A stretch of DNA of 64,000 bases from the human T2T-CHM13v2.0 reference genome, Homo sapiens: assembly GCF_009914755.1 (NCBI RefSeq), contig NC_060944.1. One strand, 5' to 3'. Position numbers and translations under genes: made by a program. Below the pieces are notes generated by a model. The model was given only the letters and a program-made list of their open reading frames with translations, did not search any database and was not told where the DNA came from. Shown piece by piece: positions 1 to 29,095 of the stretch (the first letter of the stretch is position 1; each line of letters starts with the position of its first letter).

Positions 1-1959
1 GAAAATGAGATGAGCGCTCCCCACAGAGTTATCATCAAGATGATGCTTAAAGGCAAGATGGCTAAAACGAATGACAGGTGCTCAGCAAGTGGAAGCTCCC
101 TTTCTGCAGGGGACCTGGGTTCAGAGCTCAGTTCAGCCCCTTCCAAGCTGTGACTTTGAGTAAATTACATAACCTCTCCATGCCTTGGTTTCCCCATCTC
201 TCTAGTACCTACCGCACTGGGTTCTTCTGAAGACCATTTGGGTGGATCAACATGAGAGCATGCAGAGCGAGGCCAGGCACGTGGTCAGTACCGTATAGGC
301 ATCAGCTGTTACTTTTGCTTCCTGGAAGAGGCAGACTGTTAACTGGACCTTAAAGAAGAGAAATGGAGGAGAGGAGGACCGGGCCTGGAGAGGAGGGCCA
401 GGCAGAGCAAAAGTAGTCAAGACTGGGGAAAGAGCTCCAACTATGGTTTTTACCAGCTTATACCAAAAACCCTTGACATTTGCTCACAAAACAAAACATC
501 CCACTCATTTTGAATAGTAGCCTGTTCACATAGTTCATGGTTCAAACAGAAAAGTCAAAGTATATACAGTGATGTCTCCTTCCCACCCTTGGGGCCCAGT
601 TCCTTGCTTATCCTACCAAATAAATTCTTATGTGCATAAAGTGAAATATATATTATTCATATATTATTCTCCCTTTTTTTTTTGCACAAATGGATAGCAC
701 ACTCTACATGCTACTTTGCATCTTGCTTTTTTTATTCCCCCCACTTTGGTGGTCACTTTTTGTCAGTTCATTAACAGCTTCCTCAATCTTTTTTTACAGG
801 TTCCTATTTCCCCACTGCTTAGAGGGGCTGCATTCTCCCTCCTTTCTCTCATCAAGCGTTTTTCCAATGGCTTCCCATTTGACAGAGGAGCCGAGGCCAT
901 GGAGTGAAGTGACTGGTTTGCTGCAGTCAGGACCTGAACCTGGATAACCACTCTACAGCTACTTCATTTTATCTTACTTTTTAAAATATAAAGACGGGGT
1001 CTTGTTATGTTGCCCAGGCCAGTCTCCAACTCCTGGCCTCGAGTGATCCTCCTGCCTCAGCTTCCCAAAGTGTTGGGATTACAGGTGTGAACCACTGCTT
1101 CTGGCCTCTACAGCTACTTCTAATGCACCCAGGTCTGGCCAGTTCTCAAGAGCCCCCTCTGAGAAAGGCTCTGGGTGATGGAAGGCTCCTTGGATCATAG
1201 CTGTCCTCATCCTATCTCGAACACCTCAGGCTAGAGTGCCCCTCGGGCCACCCCTGTAGTGGAGCATCCTTGAAAAGACTCTCTGCCAGCCCCCTTCTTC
1301 CATGTGGGTCATGGGTGAGAACTGGATGAGCTTGGGGGAGGGGCACAGAGCACTCTCCATCTCCCATGGCTACTCAGGGCAGCCTCCGTGTCCCCAGGAG
1401 CCCAAGAAAAGGACAGTTTCAAAAGAAAAAGCTTCCAGGCCTATGGACATGTTGAGAAAGTGCCCCCGAGACAATTTCTTACCCAAAGGTGACGCAAGCA
1501 GGTCCAGATGTCGAGGCACAGAGCTAGGCACTAGGGTCAGGGAGATTATCCCTGGGACTTTGTGGCTCTAGCCAGGTTCTGGGGAGCCCCAGGAGATGTG
1601 GCACACAGGTGGGCAGACCAGGGCTCAGCCTGGGCATACTCTTGCCCTTCAGGCCTGCCTGAGTACTCCCCTTCTTCCAGGCCCCCTCTGATCCTGTCCA
1701 AGTCAGGGATACTGAGCAAGGCCTGGGGAAAGGGCTGCTCCCCCAGCGTCCCAGATACCCCTCCCTTTTCTCGCTTGTTCCAACATCATTCTCCCCCCAG
1801 TCGGGCCATGGGAAGAATGCCGTGTCCTCTGAACTGGGGCCAAGAGTGACAGGTGGCGGCAGTCCCAGCTGCATGGCCCCTGGTGTAAGAGATCCTCTCC
1901 TCCGTCCCCGCCTCCACTGCCCACACCCCTGCCTCCGCCTCTGCCCACCCGGCCCAATC

Positions 1960-2036
1960 CCTTACAACTGCCCAGGACTGCTCCTGAGCAGCCGCTGGGA
2001 GACAGACGGCAACCAGGTTGCCCCTCTTTGCTCCAG
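1960..2036 (+). other. MYLK2: MYLK2 non-coding exon 1 (5' end approximate)
   Basis: Donor CTCCAG|GTAC at 2036/2037 followed by acceptor TTTCTGCAG|CTAG at 2140/2141, upstream of the ATG exon. The start is not determinable from sequence. Confidence 0.6.
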
Positions 2037-2188
2037 GTACCTCTCTCCCCTCAGTTAGCAGGCCTCGGCTTCCTGTCTCACTGCAGCCAGACGAGAGGGG
2101 AAATTGGACAGCCTGACACACTCCACTCTTGTTTCTGCAGCTAGAAAGACTTGAGTTAGACAAGCAGCAGCACACGCCTCCCTACCTC

Positions 2189-16405
<14,217 letters not shown>

Positions 16406-17273
16406 GCCCTGGGCGCAGCTGAAGCCTGGACGCAGCCACACAGTGGCCGGGGCTGAAGCCACACAGCCCAGAAGGCCAGAAAAGGCAGCCAGATCCCCAG
16501 GGCAGCCTCGTTAGGACAAGGCTGTGCCAGGCTGGGAGGCTCGGGGCTCCCCACGCCCCCATGCAGTGACCGCTTCCCCGATGTGAGCCGCCTCGGAGTG
16601 TGGCCTGGATCCATCCTGCTAGCACCTCCCCAGACAGGGCTCCAGCCTGTCGGCCACACCCCAGACTCCAGGCCCCCGTTGAAGCCGCTCCCGGTTCCCT
16701 CCCCAGCTCCTCGTCTTTGAACTGCCGCCGCCGTGGTGACCCCTGCTTTGCCCCACTGGGAGAGTCCTTAGCCTGGGCCTCCTCCTAGCTGGAGTGCCAT
16801 GGCTGGGGGGTCTCAGCATGTAGGGCTTCTGTGGTTGTGGATGGGAGGCTCCTGGTGGGGCAGAAAGGCTGCAACGCTGATTCCTAAGGCCCAGCTGCCA
16901 GGGAAGACAGAGCAGGCTTTGTGAGAGAGGACCTCCATGCCCCCGCCACCTCCCCACTCCAGCAGATAAGGCCGAGCCCACACCATCTGGCCCAGGCTGG
17001 CCCCCACCCACCTTCCTTGCGACCACCAACACACAGGAACTCTGTGTGAGAGAGAGGGCGCCCAGCCCAGGCCTGGTGGAGGGGGAGGGGAGAAGCCAAG
17101 GGACACAGGAGACCACCCCCGAGCTTGCCTCAGGGCCAAGCCGGCCCAACCCAACCACTCGGGGCCCCCATCTTGGGGGTCACCCATGGCCTCAGATGAT
17201 GGGGTCAGCAGGCCCAGGAGAATTAGGAAGGCCATGGGGCAGCCTCCAGTCTGCTCTCAGCTTGTGCCTTGTA

Positions 17274-17279
17274 AATAAA
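17274..17279 (+). terminator. MYLK2 polyadenylation signal AATAAA
   Basis: AATAAA about 870 nt after the stop codon, followed by GT-rich sequence. Confidence 0.85.
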
Positions 17280-20200
17280 TGTACAGGTTGGATGTGGCCT
17301 CCTTCCCTCTGTGTGTGCCTGCACTGGTGTGAGGTCGCTGATGACCACAGTTCACTGAGCACCTACTGTGTACCGGACACTTTAGCAATATCCGTCAGCT
17401 CACAGTTTGGTGGTTCATGCAGGCTCAGGTGCCAGTCTGCCCAGCACATGATGTGGGCAGGTGGCTTCTGCACGTTGTGCCTCAGTATCCTCACCTGTGA
17501 GAGGGAGGTCGCAGCAACAGCCTACACCGGGTGTGTGATTACTGCGTGCCCAGCTTTACTTAAAGCGCCTGTGCTGTGTTAACTCATTTACTCCTCACAG
17601 CAAAGTTACGAGGCAGGATTGATTGGTTGATTGATTGATTTATGATGGAGTCTCACTCTGTCGTCCAGGCTGGAGTACAGTGGTGTGATCTATGCTCACT
17701 GCACGCAACCTCCGCCTCCCGGCTTCAGGTGATTCTCATGAGGCAGGTATTATTATTCCTGTTTTACAGAGGGAGAAACTGAGCCAGAGAGAGTGGGCAG
17801 CGCTAGGATCTACCTCATAGGGTGGGGCCATGGCTGCAGCATCAGTCAGACTGAGGTAAGGCACTTAGGGCTGTGCTCGGCCCAGGGAACGATAATGTTC
17901 TTATCCTTACTCCACATATGAAGAAACTGAGGCTCAGAGGAGAGAAGGAACTTGAATGCCACTCAACAAGTCAGGGACTGGGGCTTGAAAGGAGCTTTTC
18001 TGTCTCCCAGAGCAAGGATGTGCCCATGCGTTCCCTCTGCCTCTCACCAGGACAGGGTGTAAGCAGAGAGTCCGGTCTCCAGGTGGAGGCCAGGTCTGGC
18101 AGGCCTGCGATGCCTTTGCTGGGTCTACAATGAGGGCCTCAGGGGAGAGGACTGTTCTCTGATTTTTCCCAGTGGCCACGGCCACCTCACCACAAGCCAG
18201 CAGTGAGGGGCAGGGGAGGCTCCATCTGGGGGCAGCCCAGAGGGCAAGAGAGCTGAGCCCTGATACAGTGCAGCCTTTCTGGCTGTGAGGACGACTGAGA
18301 AGTGGGACTGGCCTGTGGGAACAGAGAGGTTCCAGCAGGAAGAGCAGAGACAGCAGTTAACATGCATCGAGCACCTGCCGGCTGCTGGCCCTGGGCGCCG
18401 CATTGTGTTGATGGTCACATCGGCTGCACACGGTGACTCTGCGAGGTGTTGTGTCCATTTCTCAGAGTGTGGAGCCAAGCCTCAGAGAGGTTCAGCCACT
18501 TGCTCAGGGCCACATAGTCAGTGGCAGAGCCAGGATTTGTACCCAGATGGTCTGGGCCCAGAGCCCCTGCTCTTCACCACTGCCTGCCTCCTGAGAAACC
18601 TTAGGCTTGCCCTCGGACAGAAACCTTGACAGTTCATCCCCTCTCTCCTGCCTCCATGAACACTGGTCCTCACTGCGATCCCCGCCCTGCTTGAGCTGGG
18701 GAGTTCAGAGTCCGGTTGCAGCAGTATCACTTGGGGTGGTGAATGGGTGACTCTGAAGTCTGAGCCTGACTCACAGTCTGGGGCTTGGGGGTCCTGGGGA
18801 ACCTGGCTTGGGCTCTTGGCGGGAGGTGCGCTTATAGGCAGGGCCCCTAGGGCTGTGGATTCCTGCCTGCCTGCCCGTCCGCCACCTGCCAGCTGGGCCA
18901 GGCCTGTGGTTTCCTCTGAGTGGTTTTCTTGGCCTCGCTGGCCCCCACCCAGGCTGAGCCTCGGCCACACAGCATGTTGATGAGGGATGAGTCACCACCG
19001 TGGGGGGAGGGAAGGAAATGAAGTCCAGCCACAGCAGAGATCCAGGGCCTGGATCCAGCTGGGGAAACCGAGGCCAAGATGGGGAAGGTCCCTCATCAGA
19101 GACAGTAACAGCTGGAACTAGAACCCAGGACTCCTGACTCCCAGTGCATGCCTCAGTTTCCCCCTCTGTAATATGAAGTTGATAACCTCGGCTCTTTTCT
19201 CCTCTGCCACTCCTAGGGCCATTGTGACAGTTGAGAGACGGGATGGGGTGCTCATGCACCATATTTTACAGGTGAAAAAACAGGTTCAGAGAGGGAAAGT
19301 GACTTGGCCAAGGCTACACAGCAAATTAACATGTCCTGTGCAAGAAGCCCATTCAGAACCCAGCCCCACCCCTTCCCAGGAGCACACCTTAGAAAGCTCT
19401 TTATGGTTCATCAGGTGCTTCCTCTGGGCCTCCCCTCGTCCCCAGAGGCAGAGAGTATAGATTCAATAATGTGGAAGGGGGAATGTGGGTTCAGAGAGAC
19501 CTTGTTCCCACTGAGGGCCACGGAGCACACTCAGGGCAAAGCTGCAGCCACTGCCCCTGTGGACAGCTGGGTCTGCCTCTCTGCAGGCTTAGGCCCCAGC
19601 CCCATTGCTTTCAAGAATGCTCCCATCCCTGGCAGCTACAAGAAAGAAAGATTTTTCACGCTAGGAGCTGCCCTGATGGAGGGCGGGAGACCATAGCTGG
19701 TTTGGGACTGCCAAGCTGGACCAGGACTGAGCAAGGGTTCCCAGGGCATCAGTTCTCTGGGTGTCAGGCTGAGCTTCCCTGTCCCTTGCATGGTTTGCTG
19801 TGCCCACCACAGGCACCAGGGCCATGGGCCCCTCCTGCTCAGTGTCCATCTCAACGCTGATGCTGTGTTCTTCCCCTGCAAGGCACCTCTGTGCCTGGGC
19901 TTCCCCTGAACGGGGTCCTGGGCCCTCTTTGTAAGCTAAGAAGGGTTAATTAACACTGTCAATGGGAGTGCTCCTCCCAGTTGGTCCCAGCCCAGAGAGC
20001 TTTCCTCCAAGACCATTTCCTGCCTCAAGGCCTTAGCCAGGCCCACAGTGACCACCCCCCACAGGTCTGGAAGCCACTAAGCCCACATCTGGTTTGGATT
20101 ACATCAGGGCTGGTGACACTGCCTTTCCCTTTCTGGGTCCAGTGGCCTTGTATTCCACTGGCCACCTTGGACCCAATAAGACAGTGGTAGGTAAAGATTC

Positions 20201-21717
20201 AGCCAGTGATAGGGCTGCGCCGAGGGCATGGAGGAGCCAGGGCTGTCCTGAAGGATGTGCCCACCTGGACCATCTCCTACCTATGAAGCTGCCTACGCAT
20301 CTGTTTCTTCCTTCATGTTAATGGGTAATATTTATTGGCCACCAGGCACTATACCAAGTGATTCCCATCAATTAACTTATTTTGTCCCCACCCTATGAGT
20401 AGGTATTTTCATTATCAACATTTCACAGATGAGGAAACTGAGGCACAAGGAGTGTATGGACAAGTCCATGGGCTCCCAGCTGATGAATAGGGGAATCAGG
20501 ATGTGAGGCAGGCCATCTGACTTCCCACACAGCAACCACTTCACAACCATTTGTTGAGCCCAGCTCTGGGCCTGGCCCCCAGCGAGAGCCTGGGGATGAA
20601 TGAGTCATGGCCCTTGCCCTTGGGGAGCTCACAGCCTCTGGAACCCCAGTGGGAGGATGGGGATCAGGGTGAAGCTGGAAGGAATCTCATGAAACCATGA
20701 GAACAGGAAGGAGACACTAACCCCTATTCTCTTCTCTTCAGTGGGAGTCACATCCAAGCTGAGGGCACACAAGGAGCAGGGCTTTTCCAGACAGAGAGTG
20801 AGGAGGGTGTTCCAGGCAGAGGGGACTGCTTGCTGTCCAGAGACTTGCAGCTGAGTATAAGCTCATCTTGGAGCAGGCCAGTAGGGCTTTTGCATGAGAC
20901 GAAGCAGGAAATAGGTCTGGAGAAGTTAGCAGGAGCCCGAATGGCAGGCTGACATGGGACAATGGGGAGCTGTGGAAGGGAGGTCAGAGATCCATGCTTA
21001 CAAAGGATCCCTGCAGCCAGGGAGGTCAGTGAATGGGAGAGAGAGGCTGGAGGCAGGGACACCCGGTGGAGGCTGAGCCATGTCTGCTTGAGAGGCTGTT
21101 AGCTGTGGGGAGGAGATGGGGGAGATGCCTCTAGACAGATAGGCTGATGACAGAGAGATTGGGTTCCAGGTCAGACAGAACAGGGTTCGTACCTACTTAT
21201 TTGCCCTCCCTGAGCCTCAGTTTCCTGTCTGTAAAATGGGGTAAGAATCGTACCTGCTTCCCAGGATAATGAGAAAGTTACATGGGATTTGTAGGTGGAG
21301 CCTGGTACAGGCTACTGAGCTTATGTTTTTTTCACAACTATTTCTCCGGCCCTGGCTATGTTCCAGACACTGCCCTAGGTGCTGGAGACAAGCAATGAAT
21401 AGACAAAAATTCCTGGCCTGGTGAAGCTTCATGCCAGTGGGGGAGACACACTGAATGGCAATAATGAATTTAGAATGTGTTAGTGGTGGGGGAAATGGGG
21501 AATGTGGTGGCCAGGCAGGGCTTTTCTGAGGATATTTGAACAGAAACTGGAGGATATGAGGGAGTGAAGCCTGTGGACATTCACGGAAGATAAGGCAGAG
21601 CCAGTGTACAGGCTGCTTGGAGTGAGTGAGGGGGAAGGAAGGAGGAGCTGGGGCCAGACCACAGTGGCCCTTGCCTATTAACGAAACAGGGAGCCTTGTT
21701 GGGGAGGTCTTTGAGAA

Positions 21718-22015
<298 letters not shown>

Positions 22016-23051
22016 TGAGATTTAATTCATGGCAAATGAATGAATGGTGACCATGACTCCATCCATCCACTCCTAAACCTTCATGGAGGGACTACTATGT
22101 GCTAGTCATCGAGTTAGGGAAGATGACAAAACGCATAAGGCAGACCCAACCCTTGGCCCCTGAAGTTTACATTCTAAGGCAGAGACACAATAAAACATGA
22201 GTACATGTGCACATGCGTGATTCTACATTGCAGCAGATGCTATGTCAGCAACATAAATGGGATGCAGAGGGAGAATAATCTGGGGGCATCCAATTAGATA
22301 AGGAAGTGCAGGAAGACTTCTCAGAGAAGGTGATGTGATGTAGGTGGTGGATGTAGAGAGGCAGCCAGTGGGGGCGAAGGGAACAGCTGCTGCAAAGGCC
22401 TAGAGATGGAAAAGAAACTCACGGGGAGGCAAGTGTCCTAAGGGAGTGGGAGGGTCAGCCCTCTCTTGTTTGTATGCTCAGGGCAACCTCAAAACTGGCC
22501 CTGAGGGCTGTGGTCAAGAGGAGGCAGCCCTGGCCTTTCCCGGGACACCAGGCTGGCTTCTGGCTGACAGTGGCCTGTTTTTAGCCATGGAACCGTTTCC
22601 TTCTGCCCCACCAGCTGCCTCCCTGAGTCACCACCTAGTACCAGAAGTGTGGGAACAAGAGATTAGGCACCTCTGGACCTGTGAAGATGTGGGTTTTGCC
22701 CTGTGTGAAGGGAGAGATGGAGAGGACTACGCTGAGGGCATGAGGTCCTCCAACGGAGTTGTTTTATTAATTCTAATTTCATTCCTGTTGACTGAATTGT
22801 ACAGGTAGTGTGCAGGACAAGGCTTTCCACATACCAGTCCTGGGGACTGGAATCATTGCTCCCATTTTACAGATGAGGAAACTGAGACTCAGAGAGGTGA
22901 ATCCACTTGCTCAAGGTCACACAGCAAGGAAGTGAAGATGCCAGGAACTGAGTCAAAAGCCTTGTCTGTGTAACAGTCCTTCCTCCCCCTAAATCCTGTC
23001 CTCCTGCCTCCACAGCAGCTAGACACTCTTCTGGGGCATAAATCAGGTTAA

Positions 23052-23450
<399 letters not shown>

Positions 23451-26400
23451 TAAGCACTTTGCCAGTATTAACTCATGTAATCCTCACAATAACATCATGG
23501 GGGTAGGTACTGTTAGGGTCCACATTTTACAGATGGGGGGAACCCAGAAAGGGGAAGCAACTTGCCCAAGGTCACACAGTTAGGACGTGGCGCCTGGTCC
23601 ATGGGTGGATGGAAGTCTGGGTGTGGAAGGGATGTTTTGGCTGAGGCCTGGATTCCTGGATTGCATACTCTCCCAGCAGGCGGCATGCCAGGCTGGCCGA
23701 TACAACCTCCCGGCTTTTTCTCATCACTGTGGCAGCCTTGCAGGGCCCTGCCCTCCAAGGGAGAGGGTCTCCTTCCCCTCGGCCAAGGCACTGTTTGGGG
23801 TGTGGGCAGGAGTGCCTAACTCTGGGCCATGGAATGCCATAAACCAGGGAAGGAAGGGGGTGGGCAGGGAGCAGGCTGGAGATAAAGCATCGGGGAGGAG
23901 GGGCTGGCTAAGGCCAGCCCTGTGGGTGGGTGAGGGTGGCCTTCCCAGGGGCCAGGAGTCCTTTCCTCTCTTGGGAGAACAAAGGCCGAGGCCCAGCAGG
24001 TGAAGCTTCCTAATGGTCTTTCAGAGCTACCACACTTTTGTGGGAAGGGGCCGGCCACCTGGAAAGGCAGTGGGCTCCCAGTTCCTGGAACCCCATGTGA
24101 TGTCGACCATTTTAATGTAGAGAGGATTCAGAAATCGGGCAGGAGATGCCCTTCCGGCTCTGATATTCCAGGAATCTGAGTTGCTATGATTAAAAACTCT
24201 GGAAGTTTCTGAAATATTCATTTCAGATTCTGATTCTGCCATTTTAGGATTTGATTCGTCTAACTCTGTAAGGGTCTCAATAACCTTTTTTGCTCTCACC
24301 TGCTAAAGAGGAGGAATGGGGACTGGGATTCCCTCCTAGAGATGGACACGCTCCCTATGAGGAGGTCCTTGGTCCAACGAGATGGCCCCATCCCTCCCCT
24401 CCAGAGCTACATTAAGGCATCAGAGGGGGTGCCATGGATGGGCTGAGAAGCGGCTCTGCTCCTGCCTTGCCATGTGACCCTGGGCATGTTACCTCTCTTC
24501 TCTGGCCTTGGTCTCTCCATCTGTGCCAAGGGGCTCTATCTGGGTCGACAGAGGCATTCACTGTCCCCGCAACCCCTGTCCAGATGAGGGTGGTCAGGTG
24601 GGAGCCGGAGGTGAATGTTGGTCATGGAAAGAATGTGAAGGCAGGAGGCCCCGTGGGTGGGGTCCCTGGGCTGGGCAGCTAGCCAAGGGTGCATGAGATC
24701 ATGGTGTCTCCTTGCCCAGCACCTCCAGAGAAGGGACCTCCTCCAGGTCAGATCCGTTCCTGGGACTCAGACCGTGAGTCAGGCTGCCCTTCCCCACAAC
24801 CACCGGGCAAAGGGAGTGAAACGCAGAGAGGTGGGCACTGGTCCAGGCTCATACAGTGAGTCCAAGGCATGTGCTGAGTCCAGGGTCCTGCTTGGGGGGT
24901 TGGGGCTGAGGGGGCCTGTCTTCTCTTCATGACTATGTCGGAGGCCAGAGGGAGATGTGCAGAGGGGGCTCTGAGCCTGCATGTGGGCAACCCTTTCGCA
25001 CATTCCCCCAGGGCAAGGGATGAGCAGGAGACTCAGCCTCCTTCTCCACAAGTCCCCACCCTAGTGCAGAGCTAAACTTCCTTGATTCAGGGGGATGCTG
25101 GGGAGTACAGCGGCAGAGGCCTGGGCTCCCCCAGCCCAGCCGGCTTCCCATCCTCCTAGTAGCTCAGAACCCAGGCTGGGAAGGGACTGGGGTCACCAGG
25201 GCTCCACAGGAATGTGCAACGGGAACAGCGCCCAGCAGAGGCCTCCTTCCCTGACCCAACTGAGAAAGAACTCTCACCCCTTTGAATCTGTCTGTCTGCC
25301 TCTGCAGGGTCTGTCTTTCTGCATCTCTCTCTTTCTCTGTCATATACACACACGCAGCCTGAGACACACTGATCCACACAGGCACACGCCATGGTACAGA
25401 CTCACACAAGAGCCTCCTTCCCCCTCCTCACCATGCCCTGCACACAGAGGGCCTTTCCTCTTCCCTCTGCCCCATGAAGCTGCCCATAGGAGGCTGCACA
25501 GACCCTTGCTCCTCCTCCCCATTGTTTGATGGGTTCCAGGCTGGGGTTCAGCAGGCATGGTGGGGAGGGGCCCCACAGCTGGCCAGGCGTTTTCCCAGCC
25601 CCTCTCACCCTGCAGGTCCTCCTCCACCCCAGCTCTGAGACTGTGGGAACCAGACAGTTCGGGCTGTCCAGCCGGGCTCGCTTCCTCCCAGGCCCCAGGG
25701 GACCTGTCGGGGGAGGAGGGAGCAGCAAAGGCTGGAGTCCTCGGGGCTGCCTGGGCAAGGGAGGGCCTCTGGAGGGGAGAGGGCTGCCTGCCCAAGAAGG
25801 GGTCTCCAGCCCCCTGAGTGTAACCTCGTGGGACATAAGACACTCTAGACCACATGCCAAAAACCAGAATGGGGGTGCCCCAGCATCCCTCCCTCCTCTC
25901 CCTATGCCCATGATCCAGATAGGAGGACTGAGGCTCTGGGGAGGAAGCCATTCGCCTCTGCTCCTCCAGTGCTGGGGTCTGTGAGGACAGCGATGTTTCA
26001 GATTCCTTCTCTGTTCCTCTAACGAGGACCAAGAATATCCCCATTTCTCCTGCTTCCTCGCGAAGGGATAGTCAGAGAAGGTCAAAGGTCAGGGCTCAGT
26101 CACTTCTGAATGGTACCTAGGACAGTCACAGCCCATGCTGCTGGCCCCAAGAAATGCCGTCTTAAAGAGTCACCAGAGGACCTCATGGAGCTGGGGGCTC
26201 AGGGAAGCTCCCACATTAATGTGGGAAGTCCAAACAGGGGGTAGGTGCTGCCTTTTGAACCCTAGGTGCCCTGTCTGCACAATGGGTAAAGGGTGCCTTT
26301 CTAGCCCTGGCCTTCCAGGATTGCAGCAAAGCCCTCCCACCTCTGGGGGCCACCACCAGCTCTGCCCTGACCCTCTTCTCCACCCTTATGTCCTCACTCA

Positions 26401-26925
26401 AGCTGCAGGTCAGAGGCTGGAGGGTAGAGCCACACAGATGTGGTTTTGATTTACCCTCTGCCACCCATTTGCCCTCTGGAGTTGGAGCTGGCGAGCCTGT
26501 TTCCACCACTGTAAACGGGGCCAACTTTCCAAATCACACAGGTGAGATGATACATACAAGCCCGGGACAGGATCAGTGTCACAAATTGTCAGGGTTATGA
26601 TGACTGCACCTACGGGGGCTAAGTCCCAGCATCTGAGACTGGAGAATCAGTCCCTCAGGCCAGCCCAGTCTTGCCCCTGCCCAGTCTCTCCCTTGCCTGT
26701 ATCCTCCTCTCCCTGCTCCCCATTCCCTACCTCCCCTTCCTCTCCCTTTCTAGGAAACTCCCTGAGAAAGTCCCCAGCAGGAGAAAACCTCATGTGAGAT
26801 ATTCCCACCAAGGGTCTCTGCCCCCGCTGCACAACCCCACAGCCACAGCCACCCCCACATACAAGCAGGCACCCTGGCCCTCAGCCCCCAGCCATCAGGC
26901 AAGCTGACCCTCATCATCACATGGC

Positions 26926-26931
26926 TTTATT
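26926..26931 (-). terminator. FOXS1 polyadenylation signal AATAAA
   Basis: TTTATT on + strand, about 230 nt downstream of the FOXS1 stop. Confidence 0.8.
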
Positions 26932-27157
26932 GGCCCTGAGAGCCACAGAGTAAATCCCAAGAGGCCCTGCTTCCCCTCACCCCCAAGTTTGTCCGGAGGC
27001 CCCAGGGGCCTGGCTGAGCACCGCTTCAATCCTGGCTTTCTGTGTGGTTGTCCTTGGCTCACCAGGGCTGGGTCCTTCGAGAGTTCTTCAGGTCCTAGAG
27101 CCAGGCTCAGCCCGGAGGGTGAGGGACCTGCAGGGACTGCCCGAGGTGAGGCTGCCT

Positions 27158-28150
27158 TTACTCAAAGAAGAACATTCCTGGCGTCCGGTATAGGCAGGGG
27201 GTCAGCCCCAATGGGTAGCCGGAGCCTCCCTGGACAGGGAAGCCACCTGCAACCCAGGGTTCCTTGTGGTCAGTTGGCAGGGGCAGTGGGGCCCGGAGTG
27301 AGCCTGGAGGGGTGGGTGGTGCAGGGGAGGGGGCTGCTGAGGCCAAGAGGTGCTCAAGGCCTGGGTCAGCCCCCATGCAAAAATTCAGTGCCTGCAGCCG
27401 ACACTGGTAGCTGCTCCCGATGCCTGATTCCGGGGACAAGACGGGCGTAGGGGCCTTATTAAAACTCTCAGCCTCTGAGAAGCCGGCAGGAAAGCCAAAC
27501 GCTGGGCATGAGGAAGATGAGGTGGCCACGGGGAGCTCCCCTGGGCATGCAGGCTTGGGCGTGGAAATCTCTTTGGGCTCCATGGGTGGCCGAGGCCTGC
27601 CATCAGTGGTTGCTGGGCACATACTGGCTGGCATGGCCCCCACCAGACCCCCAAAGCTTAGGCCCTTGGGATCTGGCAGCTCTGGTGGGAATGAGCACTG
27701 CCTGCCGGTCGTGGCGTTGGGGACTCCTGGGTCCTGGCTGGTCGCCCTGAGGGGTCCACGGCGTGCCTTGGCGGGGCCCCGGGTGCCCTCAGCACCTGTC
27801 TGCCGGGTGAAGCGGCGGCGGCGGCGTAGGAAGCTGCCGTGCTCAAACATGTCGTGGCAGTCAGGGTCCAGCGTCCAGTAGCTGCCCTTGCCTGGCTTGC
27901 GGTCATCGCGGGGCACCTTGACAAAGCACTCGTTGAGTGACAGGTTGTGGCGGATGCTGTTCTGCCAGCCGGGCCGGTTGTGGCGGTAGAAGGCGAATCG
28001 GCCCATGATGTAGCGGTAGATGCCACTGAGGGTGGCCCGCTGCCCCGGTGAGCTCTGGATGGCCATAGCAATAAGGGCGATGTAGCTGTAGGGAGGCTTG
28101 GTTGGCTCAGTTGTGGGGGCGCCAGGCCCGGGCAGAGGCTGCTGCTGCAT
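27158..28150 (-). CDS. FOXS1: Forkhead box protein S1, single exon, 330 aa
   Basis: Intact [13 protein letters not shown]... with a forkhead domain ([14 protein letters not shown]...[21 protein letters not shown]...[10 protein letters not shown]...[10 protein letters not shown]). Confidence 0.97.
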   Translation of the reverse strand: MQQQPLPGPGAPTTEPTKPPYSYIALIAMAIQSSPGQRATLSGIYRYIMGRFAFYRHNRPGWQNSIRHNLSLNECFVKVPRDDRKPGKGSYWTLDPDCHDMFEHGSFLRRRRRFTRQTGAEGTRGPAKARRGPLRATSQDPGVPNATTGRQCSFPPELPDPKGLSFGGLVGAMPASMCPATTDGRPRPPMEPKEISTPKPACPGELPVATSSSSCPAFGFPAGFSEAESFNKAPTPVLSPESGIGSSYQCRLQALNFCMGADPGLEHLLASAAPSPAPPTPPGSLRAPLPLPTDHKEPWVAGGFPVQGGSGYPLGLTPCLYRTPGMFFFE

Positions 28151-28479
28151 GCTGGCCGGGCTGCCAGGCTGCTGGGACCTGCTGGGTCAGGCTCAGCTTC
28201 CAGGGCTGGCGTCCGGAATAGCCTGCCCAGGCTGGTTAAAAGGTCCACTGGCCCAGCCTCCCAGCCTGGAAAGGCAAAAAGGGGTGGGTCTGCTGAGCCA
28301 TCCTCCCCTCCTCCCTCGCCCCACTCCCACAAGGCCCAAAAGAGGCGGGCAGGAGAGGCCAGTAGTGGGAAGCCGAGCAGCTGCCAGGGATGAGGAGTTG
28401 GGAAGGAAGGGACTGAGACCCTCAGCCCACGTGTGCTGGGTGGTGGTGGCTGGGGAGGGACAGGATGTGAAACTGAGCG

Positions 28480-28900
28480 GGACAGAGACAAAAACAAAAT
28501 GAGACAGAGGCAGAAACATATGAAACAGAGACAGGGAAAAAAGAGATAGAGACAGAGAGAGGTAGAGACATCACAAGAGGGAGAAAGAGGGAGAGACAAA
28601 GATAAGACAGAGGCAGACACAACGGACAGAGACACCCAGAGCCTCTCAGACACTCACAGAGAGACACACAGACATACACGTACAGACACACAGAGACACA
28701 CAGACATACACGTACAGACACACAGAGACACACAGACACAGACACACACACAGACACACACACACAGACATAAGCACACACACAGATATACACAGAGACA
28801 GACACACACAGACACATAGGCATACACACAGACACACACACAAGCACATACACAGACACACAGAGACATACACACACAGAAACACAGAGACACAGACACA

Positions 28901-28933
<33 letters not shown>

Positions 28934-29048
28934 AGTATACGGAGAAAGTGAGAATCACTGAGCAGGCAGAAACAAGGAAATCCACAAAGCCAGAGAGAAA
29001 GGAGATACTGAGAGACACAGGTGCAAACACAAGGAGTGAAAGGAATGA

Positions 29049-29095
<47 letters not shown>
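28480..29095. repeat. Compound GA/CA-rich simple repeats upstream of FOXS1, including (CA)n ~28904-28931 and (GA)n ~29051-29085
   Basis: Directly visible dinucleotide runs and degenerate CAGACA/GAGACA units. Confidence 0.95.

Noticed and set aside
27658-28653. 331-aa ORF overlapping FOXS1 in another frame
   Set aside because: Non-ATG start inside simple repeats, low-complexity product; a by-product of GC-rich coding DNA.
28422-29030. Cys/Val-repeat ORFs; also Lys/Glu/Arg ORFs at 56209-56514
   Set aside because: Microsatellite translations.
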